IMG/VR virus record: IMGVR_UViG_3300044699_000063 | Location: 3,050-67,049 of that record | From: a virus | Direction: 5' to 3' (one strand) | Length of the DNA stretch: 64,000 nt | In this document: one piece after another, positions 31,301 through 42,352 of the stretch | Numbering within the stretch: position 1 is the stretch's first letter | Layout: each line of letters starts with the position of its first letter | Notes under the pieces: generated by a model | Databases searched by the model: none | What the model saw: the letters and a program-made list of their open reading frames with translations, nothing else | Told to the model about the DNA's origin: nothing | Program-made: the position numbers and the translations under genes

Positions 31301-34300
31301 GTCCGATTGTGTCGCCCAGCTTGCCGAGTTGCGTCACTGCGGTCTTCGCCCCGACAAGGAAGCTGGCAAACAGCCCACCCCGAGCGACTGCTTCAGGCCA
31401 TTGGCCTTGCTGACGACATCCTGCTGCGTCCTGATGAACTGTTGGTAGCCGTTGATCCCTTCCTTCACGTTCCCGGTGAGAACCTGGAAGGTCGCCTTCG
31501 ACCCAGCAGCGAGAGGCTGGAAGAAGCTGGTGCGAATCCTGTTGAACAGCACCACACCGAACGCCGCCCCGATCAGCGCGACGACCGAACCAAGTGGGCC
31601 GGAGATCGCCACCTTCAAGAACCCGACCGCTGCCAGCGCGACGGCTCCGGCAGCCGCCTTGAAGGCCAGAGGGACAGCGATCTTCAGCACGTCGGAGATG
31701 ACGCGGGCGATGTCGTCGATGCGACCCTGCAAGCCCTTAGCGAAGCCGATGACGAAGTTGACGGCAATGTCCGCTGCCACGGCGACCACTCCGGCGGCGG
31801 CGGCGAGGATCGCCTTCAACACCGGTTCGGAGAAGATGGTCGTCAGGCCGGAGCCGAGTTTGCGGGCAGCGAACCCGATGCCCTTGAAGATCGTGAGGCC
31901 GATCTCCTTGTAGTCGATGTTGCGGAAGGCTTCGAGCAGGGCCGCACCGATGTTGCGCCCGAGTGCCGTGATCGTGCCGAGCGCGTCACTGAAGTTGCCG
32001 GTGAACAGCTGGCTGGCGGAGCGACCGACAGCACCGACGACGCGGGCAAGGTCCTGGAAGAACCCAATGACTCCGGAAGCTTGCGCCCCGCTGGCGAGTC
32101 CGGTGAACCCCTCCGTCAATCCGTCGAACAGCGTCTTGACGGTAGGGCCGATGCGGAACAGGAACTCGGACACGACCAACTGGCCACCGAAATGATCAGC
32201 CGCCCGATCCGAGTGAACACCGGCACGACGTCGGTGATGAAGAACTGGGCGAAGCGCTGCACGGCAGGCAGGAGGGTGTCGATGATAAAGCTCCGCGCCG
32301 TCTCCAACGCTGGGATCAACTGATTGTTGATGGCCCGACCGACAGCGTCGAACACGACATTGGTGCGCCGCGCGGCTGGCGCGCGGTTGTCCGCCAAGGT
32401 TTCGCGCTGGGCGTCATTGAGACCGCCCCGGGCTTCTTGCCGCCACTGCCGAACAGTGACTTGCGGAGCCGGTCGAGCGGACCGAGGACGGTCGTCGAGA
32501 TGAACCCGACGAGGTTCGACAGCGACTCCTTGAACTCATCCGACTTTCTGGATGCCGATCCCGATCGCCCCGCCGATCGCGAGGACCCCGAGCGCAGCCA
32601 GCTGCGCTGGGCTGGCCATCCCGATGAGCGTCGACTTCAGGAGACCGAGCACCTCGACCCCGCCCTTGGCGGCAAGGATCGCACCGAGCGCCACAGCCAT
32701 CCCGGCGAGTGCTGCTCTAATGGTGGAGTACACGCCCTGCCCTTGCAGAAGGTTGGACGTCAAGGTGGCGAACTGGTTGATGACCCTGCCGAGCGGCTTG
32801 TCGATCTTCTCGATCAGCAGGATGCCTGCCGTCTCAATCACTGAGTTGAAGTTGTCGAACGCCGCCCTCATGCCCTGGTTGACGGCCTTGCCGAGCAACT
32901 CCGATGTACCGGCGGCGTTGCGGATCGTCTCGGTGAAACCGGTCAGCTGTTCGTCGGTCTGGCCGATGAAGATCGAGGCGGCACGGAAGGCGTCGGTGCC
33001 GAAAATCTTCTTCAGGAAGTCCAGCTTCGCTTCCTGGCTGAAGTCCTTCAGCGACTCGCGCAGGTTCTTGATGATGTCGATGAACGGCAGCACCTTGCCT
33101 GCCGCATCGAAGAACAGCCCTCCGACCTCGCCGCCGGTCTTACCGATGATCGTGCCGAGCGACGCGATGGCCTTCTGTGCCTGGGTCGACGAGCCGGTGA
33201 GTGCGAGCAGGAACGTCTTCAGCGAGGTGCCAGCGTCCGAACCGCGCAGGCCGTTCTTGGCGAGGATGTCGAGGGCGATGTTCATGTCCTCGAACGCGCC
33301 CTGCCCGCCGCGGATCGCGGTGAAGAACTGGCTGAACACGGCACCGGCCTGCTGGATTCCCTGCGACAGTTCGGTGAACGACTGCCCGCCGCCCGACACA
33401 AGCGACCGCTGCGCGATGTCGACGATGCGGACGGCCTTGTCGGCGTCGATCCTGAACGAGTTGATCGCTGACCCCGTGAACTGCGCAGCCTCGCCGAAGT
33501 CGAGCATGTTGTTGCGCGCCAACAGCAGTGTGCCCTTCGCCGCGCCGATGGCCTGATCGACGGTGAACCCCGCCTGCACGAGACGGGTCAGGGATTCGGT
33601 GGCGTCCGCGGCAGACACGCCTGGCAGTGAAAGGTCGTTACCGAGGGCGATGGCTGTCTTGCGAAGTTGTTCCAATTGAGCGGTGGTGGCCCCGGTCAGC
33701 GCTCCGAGCCGTCGGAAGTTCGCCAGGAAGTCTTGGGCCGAGCTGAAGATGGCGCGCAGCGACAGCGCTCCACCGCCGATGAGGGCGATGTTGCGAAGCG
33801 AAGCCCCGATGGGGGAGATGCCGCGCGCCGCGCCGAGCACACCCGTCTGCGTCCGTTGGGACAGGAGCGCCTGCGTCGATGAACGCTGGGTTCGAGCGAT
33901 CTTCTCCTCGAACCGTCTGACTTCCAGCTGGCGGCGCGACAACGTCTCGCGCAGCTGGCGTTCCTCGCGCTTGTCCGAGGAGACCTGTTCAGTGATGATC
34001 CGGTTGTTGTGGTTGCGCCGGGCATCTCTGATCTTCGTCAACCCCGCCTGGGTGAGTTGCAAGGTCAGAGCGTTGAACCGCTGCAACCGCAGGGTGCGGC
34101 GCTTCTCGTCCTGCTGCGCTGAGGCGACGTCGAGCTGGCGTTGACGCTTGGCGTTCTCGATCGCCGTACGCGCCGCGATCTCCTGCTGGGTCCGCTCGTT
34201 GATGAGTGAGTTGACGGCGCTCCGTCCCGCCACCTCCTCGCGGCGGACCGGGATCGTCGACTGCGTGCGGGCGAGGGAGATGCGCCGTTGTTCGACACGC

Positions 34301-34839
34301 TTCTCTTCGCGCTCCGTCTTGTCCAGCGACAACCGCAGTTGGTCGTTGGCCGTCTTCAGTTTGGCCGTCGCCTCCGTCGCCTTCGCCGTGGCGGAGGCCA
34401 ACCTGGCGGGGGCTTCGATTTCAGCCCTCTTGATCGTCGCCTGGTTCGTTGACCTCGTGCGCTTCGTCGCTTCCTTCTCGACGATGCTGATGGCCTGATT
34501 GACCTGACGCTGGAGTTCAACCTGCCCCTTCGTCAGACGCGTCTTGGCGGCGAGGATCGCCTTGTCGCCGAGCGCCTCGCCCATCTGGGTCCCGGCCTTG
34601 CCGAACTCCTTGACGAGCGACTCGGAGAAGTTCCGCACGACGCTGCGCAGCTTCGGGTTGGCGCGCGACGACAGGTCCTGGGAGATCGCCTTAATCAGCG
34701 CCTTGTCGATCCCGGCGCGCCCCATCGCCTTCTCGAACTCCTTGGCGAGCACGGAAGCGATCTCGTTGGACAACCCACCGAGCGCTTCGACGGCAATACC
34801 GGCGTCGATCGTTACTCGACCGTCAGCCTCTGTCGCCAC
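28380..34839 (-). CDS. Tape measure protein (multiple frameshifts, ~2150 aa)
   Basis: TP901-type core (GATTAQLEQLR..AIALG, GLRGSDAGTSLK, IFGTDA), LGIHSPSTVF, AEGGI..PEAVIP. Confidence 0.93.
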
Positions 34840-34845
34840 GAAACG

Positions 34846-35340
34846 TCAGGTTACAGAGTCGGAACCACCAGGTGGTGCCTGTCTTTGGCGACGGGGACGG
34901 CGTTTGAGCGTTCCGCCCATCTCCCGGAAGGTCTCCATCGCCCTCGGTGAGACCTTCATCGCCTGGCCATCGAACGATCCGACGGTCACGCTGCGGCGGT
35001 GCTGTTCGTCGCGCTTTGGGGCCGGAGGCCGGTACAGCTTCGACAACGGATCGGTTCCGCCGACGACGTTGACGTAGTCGTATCCGGCATCAGGGCTGGC
35101 AGATGCCCGTCCGGGTGACTCGTCCATGTCCGGCAACGAGCCGGTGTCGAGGAAGGTGCGGACCATCTGACGCGCCTGCGCGTCATCGCCCTGGTGGATC
35201 AGATAGGCGTAGGCGATGTCGAGTTGGTTGCGGACCGGCTCATCTTCGAGGCGCTTCCCCGTCTGGAACAGGTAGGCCCCTCGGACCTCTGCGAGAGACC
35301 CCGCTAGCTCTCCAAGGAGCCGTCGGAGTCGGGCGTAGGG
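34846..35340 (-). CDS. Tail assembly chaperone, frameshift (G-T) extension
   Basis: The -1 frame is open from ~35340 (PYARLRRLLGEL...) into ORF 34846-35166. Confidence 0.65.
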   Translation of the reverse strand, partial: PYARLRRLLGELAGSLAEVRGAYLFQTGKRLEDEPVRNQLDIAYAYLIHQGDDAQARQMVRTFLDTGSLPDMDESPGRASASPDAGYDYVNVVGGTDPLSKLYRPPAPKRDEQHRRSVTVGSFDGQAMKVSPRAMETFREMGGTLKRRPRRQRQAPPGGSDSVT

Positions 35341-35639
35341 TGCCCGGTCGGCGTCTCCACCATCGCCGTGATGATCTTGTTGAGCAGCCCGTCACCCATC
35401 TGCTTGCGCCCGGACATCCATGCGTCGAGCGCACGCCAGTCCTCCGGATGGCAGAAGGCTTGGATCAGCGCGATCGGGTCCTGGTTCATCTTCAGGATGC
35501 CCCACTGGTGAGGTTCGGAACGCACCCTGATCTTCACCGGCACCTCCCCATTGGGGAAGGTGATCGTGTGTGACACCTTGATCTCTTCCGGTTCGTCGGA
35601 GATGTCCAGGTTGATGTTTGTGATCTGGTCGACCGTCAT
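35304..35639 (-). CDS. Tail assembly chaperone (G)
   Basis: Upstream of the tape measure gene; ends TGHPTPDSDGSLES. Confidence 0.7.
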   Translation of the reverse strand: MTVDQITNINLDISDEPEEIKVSHTITFPNGEVPVKIRVRSEPHQWGILKMNQDPIALIQAFCHPEDWRALDAWMSGRKQMGDGLLNKIITAMVETPTGHPTPDSDGSLES

Positions 35640-35649
35640 GTCGCCGACT

Positions 35650-36168
35650 CTACCCGCCCAGGTGAAGACGCACGAGGACCTTGATCTGGTCGATGTCGTG
35701 CTTGTGCTCCTCGGTGGCGCGTTCCAAGAACTTGTACGCCCGGTTCCCGGGGTGATTGACGCTGTCGGTGACGATGAACGGGATGCCGTGGACGGCGTAC
35801 TGACCGCCGCCCTGCGATGTTGTGGCGCGGGGGAACGCGAGACGCCCAGTGATCTCGTGTTCCGGCGTGCCCTTCTCGATGAACTTGAAGGCCGGGGAGG
35901 TGTTGAGCAGCACGACACGCACGCGCCCTCCGGACAGATCGGGGGCACCGACCCTGAAGGATTCGATCATGTGCCCCCTGCCGCGAGACGCGTTGCGGCG
36001 CGATTCGGGGCGGTCGTTCTCCAGCTCGTCAGCCATCATGTCTTGCGCCGTCTCGACGATTCGTTCCCCCACCTGACGTACAACCGGGCCGAGCTGGCGA
36101 CGTGCCGCGCGGTCGATCCCCTGCACGGCCGCAGCCGGGATGTCGAAGCGGACGCGGAAGCTAGTCAT
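35650..36168 (-). CDS. Tail completion / neck protein (HK97 gp10-like)
   Basis: FIEKGTPEHEI...SVNHPGNRAYKFLERA. Confidence 0.75.
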   Translation of the reverse strand: MTSFRVRFDIPAAAVQGIDRAARRQLGPVVRQVGERIVETAQDMMADELENDRPESRRNASRGRGHMIESFRVGAPDLSGGRVRVVLLNTSPAFKFIEKGTPEHEITGRLAFPRATTSQGGGQYAVHGIPFIVTDSVNHPGNRAYKFLERATEEHKHDIDQIKVLVRLHLGG

Positions 36169-36734
36169 CGCAGGTCGAAGGTGATGGTCGTGCGCCACCC
36201 CGCGCACTGGCCGCGCGGACCTACTGGCACGAAGTCCGACAGCCGCCAGTTGTTCGCTCGCGTCCGCAGATCACACAGCGCGTCGCAGGTCGGAGCTTCC
36301 GTCTCAGAGAGCAAGGCGTTGAACAGCGTCACCCCGACCGAATACAGCCAGCGGTTCGCGGCCTCCTGCTCGTCGGGGGTCGGGACGTAGAACTGCCCGT
36401 TGCCCAAGTCTTCGACGGCGGGGTAGATGGCGAACACCGCTTCGAAGCGCATCCGGACTTCCAAGAACCGTGACAGGCAGTTGCGCGGCCCGGTGTACCG
36501 CGGGGTGAATCGTTCGATCAGCACGGAGACCTGGTTGCAGAGGTCATCCGGTTGACCTTCTGCGGCGAACGCGACGAACGCCTTCAGTTCCGAGCAGTCG
36601 TTCGGACCTTCAGCCCAGAAGCCCGACAGCGCTGTGACCGCCGTCTGCACGAAGCAGTCGGCGATGCGGAACGCTTCATCGGAACAGCCGTCAGGAAGCG
36701 CAATCTCCCCGCACGGACCTGGGATGAGGCTCAT
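36165..36734 (-). CDS. Tail terminator-like protein
   Basis: DDLCNQVSV...VPVGPRGQCAGW; adjacent to the major tail gene. Confidence 0.65.
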   Translation of the reverse strand: MSLIPGPCGEIALPDGCSDEAFRIADCFVQTAVTALSGFWAEGPNDCSELKAFVAFAAEGQPDDLCNQVSVLIERFTPRYTGPRNCLSRFLEVRMRFEAVFAIYPAVEDLGNGQFYVPTPDEQEAANRWLYSVGVTLFNALLSETEAPTCDALCDLRTRANNWRLSDFVPVGPRGQCAGWRTTITFDLR

Positions 36735-36783
36735 GCGGGGAGACTACTGACTCCGCCTGCTTGGTACTGAGAGGGGGTTGCGG

Positions 36784-37488
36784 TCAGCTGTTCGGGTCGA
36801 CGTAGCCGCACGTCTCTGTCGGCAGATCGTCCGAGAACACCGCGGCGTACGGTGCCGACGCCGGGATGCCGCCTTCGGCTTCCCAGTCGTTGTTCGGTCC
36901 GTCGGCCCAGTTCGGGTTGGCCAGGCCGAAGCCCGCGAGATTGAGAAGGATGCCATCCGTGTTGTCGTCGAACGTCAGGTCGCCGAAGCGCCACTGGTTG
37001 AACGGGAAGGCGTGGCGGATGTACGTCGGCGCATCCGACTCGGACGAGGCGCAGAAACCGCCAGCGCCGAAGGCTGCCTTCGTGTACGTCTCGGTCGACA
37101 CGCCTGTCGGACAGGAGGCGTCGATGCCGGGCATCGCGAAGCCGATGGCATCGCCGTCCCACGTTCCGCCGGTCTTGCCGACCTGCAACTCAGACGAGGT
37201 GACCAGCTCGACCAGCTCCATGTCCCAGGTGATGAGCTGTGCCGTGAGGTCGATCTGCTTGAACTTGTCGCAGTCACGGACGTACCAGCAACGCACGCCA
37301 TTGGCGGCGCGCCGTCCGAACTCCTGGCCGTCGTCGTACTGCGGGCTGGCCGTCATCTGGGCGAAGCAAGCCGAACGCACCTGGTCATCAGCGCCAGTCA
37401 ACGGGGTGCAATCCGTATCGAGTCGCGTGAAGACGAGCATCTGAGGCTGAAGCTGTCCGATGCACAGCCCATTGAGGGTCGAGGCCAT
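36784..37488 (-). CDS. Major tail (tube) protein
   Basis: RBS AGGAGG; TRLDTDC, GQEFGRRAANGVRC, DLTFD..GFGLANPNWADGP, CGY; cluster-B-like MTP. Confidence 0.85.
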   Translation of the reverse strand: MASTLNGLCIGQLQPQMLVFTRLDTDCTPLTGADDQVRSACFAQMTASPQYDDGQEFGRRAANGVRCWYVRDCDKFKQIDLTAQLITWDMELVELVTSSELQVGKTGGTWDGDAIGFAMPGIDASCPTGVSTETYTKAAFGAGGFCASSESDAPTYIRHAFPFNQWRFGDLTFDDNTDGILLNLAGFGLANPNWADGPNNDWEAEGGIPASAPYAAVFSDDLPTETCGYVDPNS

Positions 37489-37529
37489 CGTGTTCCTCCT
37501 GGTAGGTGGCCCTGCGGCCGTTCGCGCTG

Positions 37530-37559
37530 AACGTACAAACGGCCTTCTCTGCATGTCAA
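37530..37559 (-). promoter_or_regulatory. Promoter for the tail operon
   Basis: TTGACA-N18-TACGTT on the - strand. Confidence 0.65.
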
Positions 37560-37619
37560 GCTGTGCCAAGCAACATTGTGAGCAGCAAGCCGATTCGACA
37601 GGCGGTCTAACCTGGGGCT

Positions 37620-37925
37620 ATGGCAGACGCGGCACCACAGATCATCCCGGGGGCCGTACGCACGGCAACCCCCATCATCGTCGGGCAGGCGGTGGCACAG
37701 GCGGCAGAGTGGGGTTTCGACATCGACCCGAAGAACAAGGCTCTCAACGTCTTGGCCTTCGTGGCAGCGATCGTGTGGTATGCCGTGTTGCGTTGGCGTG
37801 AGACGACAGGAGCGACATGGGCGACGAGGCTGCTCGGTGCTGGTACTGCTTCCAAGCCCCACTTCAGCGAGAAGCAGCCACGCAAGCCACGCGCCCGCAA
37901 GCGTGCCAAGCCCAAGGATGAGTGA
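37620..37925 (+). CDS. Holin-like membrane protein (leaderless)
   Basis: VRTATPIIVG...WYAVLRWRE..W..LLG actinophage holin-like pattern; TAACCT 6 nt before ATG. Confidence 0.65.
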   Translation: MADAAPQIIPGAVRTATPIIVGQAVAQAAEWGFDIDPKNKALNVLAFVAAIVWYAVLRWRETTGATWATRLLGAGTASKPHFSEKQPRKPRARKRAKPKDE

Positions 37926-38659
37926 TGTCTGACGAAGACCCGGTAGACGGCGGGCTGTTGTGGGCCTGCACCCAGTTCGCCGACGTCGAAGACTTCGCGC
38001 GCTGCGACTGTGACTGCTCCATCGACCTCGATGACGAGACGCACGTCGCCCTGCTCGACATCTTCCTCAAAGCCGCATCGGACCAGCTCTGCCTGCTGTC
38101 GGGCCACGAGATCAACGGCGGCTGCGAGTCGACCGAGACGTTCTGCCGGAGCTACTGCTCATGTGGGTCCACCTGCACCTGCGGCTGGGACACGATCCTG
38201 CTTGGTGCGATCCCGGTGATCTCGGTGTCAGATGTCGCGTTCGAGGACTACGTCTTCGACCCGGACGATTTCGTCATCGTCGATGACGTGGGTATCGCCT
38301 GGGCTTCCGGCGTCGACCACCGCTGGCCAGGCGCGAAGAACGTCGAGATCACCTACCGATGGGGTCACGTCGTCGACGAGATCACCAAGCAGGCGACGAT
38401 CGAGCTGGCGTGCGCCGCGATCCGCAGCTGCCTGTCGGATAAGCGCAACACCGTCACGGCCGACTCTGTGAATCGTCAAGGTATCTCGTTCGGTCGTCGA
38501 GCGACCTCAACGACCGCGTCGATCGCCGAACGCGCCGCCGCCGACTTCCCCTGGATGTCGCGGTTTCTGGCGACGTACAACCCGACGCGAGCGATCCGCG
38601 GCCCTGTGATCTGGTCCCCCGACCAGGACCAGGGTCACTTCGTCCGCGCGCTCAGCTAG
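37925..38659 (+). CDS. Head-to-tail adaptor protein
   Basis: AASDQLCLLSG, Cys cluster, PVISVSDV, EITYRWG, ATIELAC, VNRQGISF, YNP. Confidence 0.75.
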   Translation: MSDEDPVDGGLLWACTQFADVEDFARCDCDCSIDLDDETHVALLDIFLKAASDQLCLLSGHEINGGCESTETFCRSYCSCGSTCTCGWDTILLGAIPVISVSDVAFEDYVFDPDDFVIVDDVGIAWASGVDHRWPGAKNVEITYRWGHVVDEITKQATIELACAAIRSCLSDKRNTVTADSVNRQGISFGRRATSTTASIAERAAADFPWMSRFLATYNPTRAIRGPVIWSPDQDQGHFVRALS

Positions 38660-39302
38660 ACGTCGGAGGGATCGGCGGGGGGACCGCAGTCGGCGTACGT
38701 CTTCGGGACGGTCGCCAGGAACGATCCTGCGCGGATGTCGTCCGCCCACTTTTGGGCGAACAGCTTCAACTCTGGGTTCGTCGCGATCGCGGCCAACCCT
38801 TCCCATCGTGCGGCGTCCTGCTCGAATTGGGAAGCGCAGCGCGTCGGAGACGGGAACGTCTTTGATGCACGAGTCGAAGTTCGCCTTGTCGACCACGTAC
38901 TGCGATTGGCGCGTCGCCATGTCGCGTGCGATCGACTCTCTGGCGAGAGCGTCACGTTGCTCGTGGTCGTAGCGAGTGAGAAGGCCATAGATGGCCGTGA
39001 AGACGACGGCGAGTATCGTTCGTTGCACCCAAATCCTCCCCTTCGTCGCTGTTATCGGAGTATTCCTCCAGCTTTGAAATCTGTCGGGCGAACCCCTTGC
39101 CCATTCTCCGAGCCTTGTCACCGGTCGCATCTGCGGTTCCCTTCCATCCGAAGGTTGCGGTCAGCCAGATGGCGACGAGACCGAGCGTGTACGGGCCGAT
39201 CGTCGCTGGCTTGGCGAAGACGAGAAAGAAGGTTACGACAACGGCAACGAGGAGTGAAACACGTCGAAACAGGCGCGTGTCGCTTCCCCGTCTCCTGGTC
39301 AT
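38656..39302 (-). CDS. Membrane protein (frameshifted; one or two genes)
   Basis: Three hydrophobic segments followed by a soluble C-terminal region. Confidence 0.55.
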
Positions 39303-39364
39303 CGCAAACCTCCGACCCGGAAAATACAAGCCTTCGGCAAGCGATGTCGACTGAGGACCCTGCG

Positions 39365-40823
39365 TCATCGAAGTTCACTGTAAGTGGCAGCCTTACCCCA
39401 CGTCACGTTCAGTGCTGTCGAATCTCGATTCCCCACCCACGGTGATTGACGGTGGACTGGCCCGACGAGCGCTACGACCTGCGAGTCGAGCAGGGAGACC
39501 GCGTCGACGATCGTGCGCAACGCCGTCTGGAGTTGCTCGATGTCGTCGTCGAGGCCCAGCTGATCGGTGATCGTGCGGGTCAATCCCGAGCACGGTCGAC
39601 ACCGAATCGACGAGGCCGATGACGTCGGTCGCCGACCGCGCTGACGCTGCAACACGGTTGGCGGTGTCGACGAGACCGAGAGCGTCGACCTGTGTCCGCA
39701 CCATGTCGAGGACGCGGGATGCCGAGTCGGACAGTCCGAGCGTGTCGGTGATGGTGATGAGCGTGAACGTGAGCGACGACACCGCATCCGTGAGACCGAG
39801 CGCGTCGGTGACGGAGCGTGGGTAGTTCGCCGTTCTCGTTGCCGTGTCGGTGAGACCGAGCGCGTCGGTCTGCGTTCTGACCGCGGCGGTGATCCGGCTG
39901 GCGGAGTCGAGCATCCCGAGCGCGTCGGTGATCAAGCACCGAGATGCCGGTGACGATTGAGATCGAATCGGTGAGGACCGAGGTTGTCGGTGATCGAGAC
40001 CGCTGCTCCGACGTTCGCCGTCGAACTGTCCAGCAGACCGAGGTTGTCGGTCTGCGTTCGCGCCGCGGCGCTCACCTGAGATGTCGAGTCCAGCAGGCCG
40101 AGGTTGTCGGTGATCAACGCGACGAGACGCGAGGACCGCGGTGAGACTGTCCGTCAGCCCTTCGTTGTCGGTCTGGCTGCGGACGTAGCTCGCCACCTGA
40201 GACGCGGCGTCGAGGAGACCTTCGTTGTCCGTCTGCGTGCGGAGGTAGGCGACGATCCGTGAGGCGTCGTCCAGCAAGGCCTTCGTTGTCGGTCTGCGTC
40301 CGTTGATACGCGGCGGTCCACGAGAGGGAGTCAGCCAGACCGAGATTGTCGGTGAGCGTCACCGTGATCGTCACGAGCGCGGAGATGGAGTCGACGAGTC
40401 CGAGGTTGTCCGTCTGCGATCGCGCGTATGCGGCTGCGGTCGACAGGGCATCCAACAGGCCGAGGTTGTCGGTTTGGGTCCGCGAGTACGCCGTAACCCA
40501 TGAGATCGAGTCGAGCAGACCGATGTTGTCGGTGATCGTGCGGAACTCGCCCGCCACCTGAGATGTCGAGTCGAGCATCCGAGCGCGTCGGTCAACGTGC
40601 GGGCGAGAGCCTTCGCGTTGGAGTCGACGAGTCCGAGCGCGTCGGTCTGCGAACGCACTGCGGCCGTCAACCTGAGAAGTGGAGTCGAGTAGGCCCATTG
40701 TTGTCGGTGATCTCGCGGGTGTGGTCGGTCGGACCGCTCGGCCGCGTTGTCAGGGTCATCCCACGCGATGTTGATGTCATCGAAGACCGTGGCTTCGATG
40801 TCGAGGTCATAGAGGCCAGCCAT
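39365..40823 (-). CDS. Tandem 20-aa repeat fibrous protein (frameshifted)
   Basis: About 21 repeats of TD[NA]LG[LM]xDS...R[TS]x. Confidence 0.85.
39470..40715 (-). repeat. ~60-bp degenerate tandem coding repeat, about 21 copies
   Basis: CCGAGGTTGTCGGT / CCGAGCGCGTCGGT recur on the + strand with a ~60-bp period. Confidence 0.9.
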
Positions 40824-40829
40824 CGCGGC

Positions 40830-41307
40830 CTACAGATCGAAAAACGGTGCGACAGATGAGGCCCACCAGCGGTACGGCGGTGTTCGTGTAGTCGGCGGGA
40901 GTGATGGCCGACGCAGCGATCGGCGGCGTGTCAGTGGCGTTCGACTTGAACATGCCGAGCATCATGAGACTCGCCGCAGAGGCCGACCATCGGAAGAATC
41001 GCCCCGTCGTCGTTGCATTGTTGGATGCGCCGCAGTAGTAGCGGCCGGGGGGCAGCGCGACGGACAACGTGGCGAATTGCGGGGCCGATGCGCCGCCACT
41101 GTGAGCGATTGTGCCAGTCGACGCGATGTAGTTGTACGCATCGTCATAGATGACGATGTCTGAGTTGCCAGCGTCGGACGAGCCTTTGTAGACGAACCCT
41201 TTCGAGACTTGCGTCGGTGTGTCCAACCGGAAGGGGTAGCAGAGGATGAAGTCAGCGGCGTCTGACCAGGGCGACCCGCCGGATCCCACACTGGTACCGG
41301 TCAGCAC
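40830..41307 (-). CDS. Hypothetical virion-accessory protein (paralog of 41301-41989)
   Basis: YPFRLDTPTQVSK..NSDIVIYD..IASTG..LPPGRYY. Confidence 0.65.
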
Positions 41308-41989
41308 CCCCCAGTTCCGGCCCCATTGCGCACGGGTGCATGGGGTGGATGATGAGAGGCGGAAGGGCTTGGAGGCCGTATCGACGACTCATAGCGACTT
41401 GCGTCCGTGACGCGATGCCGAATACCGGGAAGCTGGTTGCTGGCGTAGGCCGTAGGAGTGAAACGTCGATCCCAACGTCGAACCACTCCCGGTTTCTTGG
41501 CGCATCCTCCGAGTCGCCAGTTGACGTTCGTCCCGCCTTGAACGTGCATTCAGTTATCTGTCGGCGTGCCCCCCTGTATCTGGCAACACCAGTAACGACC
41601 TGCGGGGATCAGGGTGTCGGTCACGTCGACTTCCTGGATGACGGATGCGCCTGCCGTCAATGTCGAAACCGCTCGACACCAGTTTGTTGTGCCCGCCTCG
41701 TTGAATACGCCGATGTCGAACGAGTCCGTACCGACCGTCGTCGAGTTGAGCCGCCACACCTTCCGAACCAGGTAAGGCTCAACGACGAAGAATGGGAAGG
41801 CGTGTACGCGTGACGCGCCCTGCCACGGAAGGCCGGACAGAAACCGATGAGCCTGGCTGTTGGCGCCATGTATCCCAGCGCGTTCTCCGACGAGATCCAT
41901 ATGATCACGTCGTCCGGCTGGTACGACGGCGGGTAACCCAACGCGATCGGCGACCCTCTCATCGCCTGCTTGAACGCGGAAGTCGGCAT
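41301..41989 (-). CDS. Hypothetical virion-accessory protein (frameshifted)
   Basis: FPFFVVEPYLVRK..SFDIGVFN..LVSSG..IPAGRYW. Confidence 0.55.
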
Positions 41990-41992
41990 CGC

Positions 41993-42337
41993 CTACGCCT
42001 CGATGTTCCCGAAGCCCCCAATGCACACGACGTTTGCAGCATCGCAGAAGGCTTTGCACACGAGCGAATTGCGGATGACTCGGTCGGTGATGATCCATCC
42101 CGCCCATTTCGGCGGGACGTCGTACTGCTGCGTGTCATCGGGGGACGTCGTGCCACCCCATTTCGATCGTCAGCCTGCGTCCCACCGTGTCGGTGTTCGC
42201 GACCTCAACTGCGACCACATCGACGAGGGTTGTCGATGCCTGCCCGGTATGAAACGTCGTGCCCGCGTGCCCGTCGCGGCGACTTTGATGAAGCGCCCAT
42301 GCGTCGAGCTAGACAGCGGCTCGCGCGTGTAGCTCAT
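41993..42337 (-). CDS. Hypothetical virion-accessory protein (frameshifted)
   Basis: MSYTREPLSSSTHGRFIKVAAT...LTIE..SPDD..CKAFCDAANVVCIGGF reconstructed across frames. Confidence 0.55.
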
Positions 42338-42352
42338 CGCACCGCTCCGATC

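Noticed and set aside
32552-33556. Long antisense ORFs (e.g. 32552-33556, 48647-49726, 52212-53216)
   Set aside because: These are shadow ORFs opposite well-supported genes, as expected in high-GC DNA.
39470-40715. Regular ~60-bp repeat resembling a CRISPR array
   Set aside because: The repeats are degenerate at synonymous positions, keep a 20-codon period and translate to a protein repeat. No cas genes are present.
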